This document shows positions 61,314-63,555 of a stretch of DNA of 63,555 nucleotides, one piece after another. The notes below the pieces were generated by a model that saw only the letters and a list, made by a program, of their open reading frames with translations, was not told where the DNA came from and ran no database searches. Source of the stretch: Patescibacteria group bacterium (GTDB lineage: Bacteria > Patescibacteriota > Minisyncoccia > Phycocordibacterales > Phycocordibacteraceae); assembly GCA_018970465.1 (NCBI GenBank), contig JAGWWI010000003.1, positions 1 through 63,555 on the forward strand. The letters are read 5' to 3'. Numbering within the stretch: position 1 is the stretch's first letter; each line of letters begins with the position of its first letter. A program made the translations under genes and the position numbers.

Positions 61314-63146
61314 CTATTCCCGCAGCTCCCCGAGCTCCTGAAGCGCCACGAGCCGATGGTAGAGCCCGTTTTGCCGCAACAGCTGCTCATGCGTCCCGAT
61401 CTCGGCGATTGTGCCGGCATCGAGAACGCAGATGCGGTCCGCCTCGCGGATGGTCGAGAGCCGATGCGCGATCGCTACGATAGTGATGTGGCGGTCGCGC
61501 CGCAACTGCTCGATAAAGTGCTGCACCACCCGCTCGCTCTCCGAGTCGAGGCTCGAGGTCGCCTCGTCGAGAACGAGCACCTCGGCCCCTGCAAGGAGGG
61601 CGATGTAGGCCCGGGCGATGCCGACGCGCTGGCGCTCCCCGCCCGAGAGCCGGACACCGCGCTCGCCCACCTCGGTCGCGAGTCCGTCCGGGAAGCGCTT
61701 CGCGTCCCGGACGACCTCTTCGAGACAGGCGGCCTCGATCGCACGAGCGACGGAGGCCTCGCTCGCCTCCGGCGCTGCGTACACGATATTCTCGCGTATC
61801 GTGCCGTCGAATATCTCGACATCCTGCGGCACGTAGGCAAAGCGCCTGCGGTACCAGTCGCGATCGACAGCGCGAATGTCCGTGCCGTCGATCGTCACCG
61901 CGCCTGCCGTCGGGTCATAGGCCCGCAAGAGGAGCGAGACGAGCGAGCTTTTGCCCGATCCGCTCTTGCCGACCAAGGCGAGCATCTCGCCCGGTTCGAT
62001 CGAGAGGTCGAACTGATCGAAGACCGGCTCGGTCTTGCCGGCGTATCGGAGCATAACCTGTTCGAAGGCGAGCGTACCGCTTGCTAGCTCCGGCACGCTG
62101 CCGACGGCCCGGTTCTCGGTCTCGATCGGCTCATTGAGCAGGGCATACATGCGCTCTGCGGCGACGATGTCGCGCATCATCTGCGTCTGCACCTGGACGA
62201 TGCTCCAGAAGCAGCCGATTGTCTGATTACCGGTGACGGCGATGTACGCTACCGTCCCGATCGAGCTCCATCCGCGGTGGGCGAAGTAGAGCCCGGCAAC
62301 GGCCGTTCCGACGAGGGTCATGCGCACGATCATCTCGACGACGAAGAGATAGAGCTGGACCTTGATGGTCGCGTCGACATCCATGCGCTCCATCTCGTCG
62401 CGAATGCTCCCGTGTCTCGCCAGCTCGCGCTTCTCGACTACGAACGACTGTACCGTGCGCACATTCAAGACGGATTGGCAGAAGAGTCCGACCGATTCTT
62501 CCTTCATTCGCTCGTACGTCTCCCACACGTGCTGGAATCGGTTGCGGCACGTCAAGTGGAGCCATATAGCCGGAACCAAAGGCAGGACGAATAGGAGTCC
62601 GAGCTTCCAGTCAAGCACGAGAATGAGCACAGCATTCAGGACCAGATAGAAGGCCGACGGCAGGAGCGTCCAGAAACCGCTGCCGATGATGCTAGTAAGC
62701 TTCTCGACACCTTTGTTGACCTTGGCGATCTTGCGGCCGGTGTTCTCCCGCTCATGGTAGCCCAGGGAAAGCGCCAGGAGTTTCTCCTGCGCCTCCTGAG
62801 GCCAGTAGTTCTCAAGGTGCCAGAGCGACCGAATGAAGATCGACTCCTGCACGAAGCGTCGTAACGCGAGCATGCCTATCGCGGCGACAACCCAGAGCAT
62901 GACGAGCAAGAGAACGTGCCGATCGAACCCGGTGCGCTCGATCGTCGGGTAATAGTCGAGGAGTGCCTTGAGGATGAGCGGCCAGGTGAGCGAGAGAAAT
63001 TCGCCGAGGATCACGAGCGCGATCGCAATGGCGATTCGCCTGCGCTCTTTGCCGATGAGTCGCCAGAGCGTTACCAGGCCGCTCGCCAGGTAGCCGAGCG
63101 ACCGCGGCGGAGTTTCGTCCCAGTCTGGGACGGCCGTGTCAGACAT
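61314..63146 (-). CDS. ABC transporter, fused permease/ATPase (type I exporter, MsbA-like)
   Basis: Six-TM N-terminal half. Walker A GKSGSGKSS, signature LSGGERQR, Walker B VLVLDEATS. SD GAAGGAG. No N-terminal peptidase domain. Confidence 0.9.
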   Translation of the reverse strand: MSDTAVPDWDETPPRSLGYLASGLVTLWRLIGKERRRIAIAIALVILGEFLSLTWPLILKALLDYYPTIERTGFDRHVLLLVMLWVVAAIGMLALRRFVQESIFIRSLWHLENYWPQEAQEKLLALSLGYHERENTGRKIAKVNKGVEKLTSIIGSGFWTLLPSAFYLVLNAVLILVLDWKLGLLFVLPLVPAIWLHLTCRNRFQHVWETYERMKEESVGLFCQSVLNVRTVQSFVVEKRELARHGSIRDEMERMDVDATIKVQLYLFVVEMIVRMTLVGTAVAGLYFAHRGWSSIGTVAYIAVTGNQTIGCFWSIVQVQTQMMRDIVAAERMYALLNEPIETENRAVGSVPELASGTLAFEQVMLRYAGKTEPVFDQFDLSIEPGEMLALVGKSGSGKSSLVSLLLRAYDPTAGAVTIDGTDIRAVDRDWYRRRFAYVPQDVEIFDGTIRENIVYAAPEASEASVARAIEAACLEEVVRDAKRFPDGLATEVGERGVRLSGGERQRVGIARAYIALLAGAEVLVLDEATSSLDSESERVVQHFIEQLRRDRHITIVAIAHRLSTIREADRICVLDAGTIAEIGTHEQLLRQNGLYHRLVALQELGELRE

Positions 63147-63187
63147 ACGCTTCTCCTTCAGGTATAGGTTGCAAAAAGGACAAGAAA

Positions 63188-63217
63188 GAACCGCCCTGCG
63201 CTGTGGCAGGGCGGTTC
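63188..63217 (-). terminator. Intrinsic terminator between the 38-aa ORF and the ABC exporter
   Basis: gaaccgccctgc gctgtg gcagggcggttc; on the minus strand it is followed by tttcttgtccttttt. Confidence 0.65.
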
Positions 63218-63240
63218 AAGAAACGAGACTCAAGAGAATC

Positions 63241-63357
63241 TCACGTCCTGCAGCCACACTGCCCGAATGCGCGAAGCGTCCACGGGCGAAGCGTGTACGC
63301 GGACGCGGCGACGGCCCCGCTAAGCGGGGAAGTGCCGAACATGTGGCGAATAGTCAT
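63241..63357 (-). CDS. Candidate leaderless 38-aa peptide (MTIRHMFGTSPLSGAVAASAYTLRPWTLRAFGQCGCRT)
   Basis: Hand-translated. The promoter's -10 hexamer ends 9 nt before the ATG, and there is no SD. Third-position G+C is high, as expected for coding sequence here. The terminator begins 24 nt after the stop. Confidence 0.35.
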   Translation of the reverse strand: MTIRHMFGTSPLSGAVAASAYTLRPWTLRAFGQCGCRT

Positions 63358-63366
63358 AACGATAAG

Positions 63367-63394
63367 AGCATACAGACGATCGCGTGACTGTCAA
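63367..63394 (-). promoter_or_regulatory. Near-consensus sigma70 promoter (TTGACA-N16-TATGCT) on the minus strand
   Basis: Reverse complement of tgtcaa (63389..63394) and agcata (63367..63372). Confidence 0.5.
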
Positions 63395-63405
63395 GTTTCC
63401 GTAAT

Positions 63406-63443
63406 GGTTCAATACCGGTTCAATACCTTGGAATCACCCAAGG
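63406..63443. repeat. Tandem 11-bp direct repeat (ggttcaatacc x2) overlapping the palindrome CCTTGGaatcacCCAAGG
   Basis: Repeat copies at 63406..63416 and 63417..63427; palindrome at 63426..63443. They lie in the divergent intergenic region next to the -35. Confidence 0.8.
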
Positions 63444-63446
63444 CAT

Positions 63447-63555
63447 ATGGCATACACGACAAATCCCAAGCTCCCAGAAGTCAGGCGACGAGCTCGAGAG
63501 CTGCTCGCGAAAGGCTGGAGCACCCGCAAAGTCGCCCGGCATCTCGGGTACACGC
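63447..63555 (+). CDS. 3'-truncated ORF, probable helix-turn-helix protein (regulator or transposase N-terminus)
   Basis: MAYTTNPKLPEVRRRARELLAKGWSTRKVARHLGYT.. runs off the window. The ..GWSTRKVARHLG.. segment is HTH-like. Confidence 0.35.
   Translation, partial: MAYTTNPKLPEVRRRARELLAKGWSTRKVARHLGYT

Overview
High-G+C, densely coding bacterial chromosomal window. G+C was judged by eye, not computed. Long antisense shadow ORFs are frequent. Most genes are housekeeping: a 5'-partial RNase J, base-excision glycosylases, msrA and msrB, infC-rpmI-rplT, and a fragmented S10 ribosomal cluster (tuf-rpsJ | inserted gene | rplC-rplD-rplW-rplB). Also present: a short proS, mreB-mreC-mreD-like-PBP2, greA, class-I lysS, a dcw block (mraZ-rsmH-ftsL-like-ftsI-murF), tRNA-Glu(CUC), a DipZ-like oxidoreductase, rmuC, rplU, a DEAD-box helicase, recR, dnaB, cysS, a corA-like gene, an S41 peptidase, rplI, rpmA, a LOG-family gene and an ABC exporter. 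The class-I LysRS, the 418-aa ProRS without an editing insertion, the many small secreted or membrane hypotheticals and the scattered r-protein genes suggest a small-genome lineage, possibly Patescibacteria/CPR-like. That placement is a weak inference. Several visibly lower-G+C inserts interrupt the core. (1) 4977-7320: a RiPP-like cassette with a 53-aa precursor ORF ending ..GKDGCGY, a radical SAM/SPASM enzyme and an HExxH (MA-clan-like) peptidase. This is the best candidate for an undescribed system, and its architecture resembles mycofactocin or PQQ maturation. (2) A gene flanked by terminators inserted between rpsJ and rplC. (3) An IS30-family element. (4) 33671-36813: an operon of a VanX/DdpX-like dipeptidase, a short DapF-like epimerase and a 542-aa unknown protein. 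(5) An LpxC-like deacetylase island next to tRNA-Glu. (6) A very A+T-rich membrane-protein gene start-stop overlapped with a HIT gene. (7) A promoter-to-terminator unit for a ~270-nt structured RNA of unknown class. (8) A 45-aa Gly-rich ORF followed by a hairpin and a C39-like peptidase. (9) A leaderless 38-aa ORF with a terminator upstream of the ABC exporter, beside a CCTTGGAA-type operator. A -10-like hexamer 6-9 nt upstream of start codons that lack a Shine-Dalgarno sequence recurs at many loci, which suggests frequent leaderless mRNAs. All family assignments come from motif recognition by eye; no database search was run.
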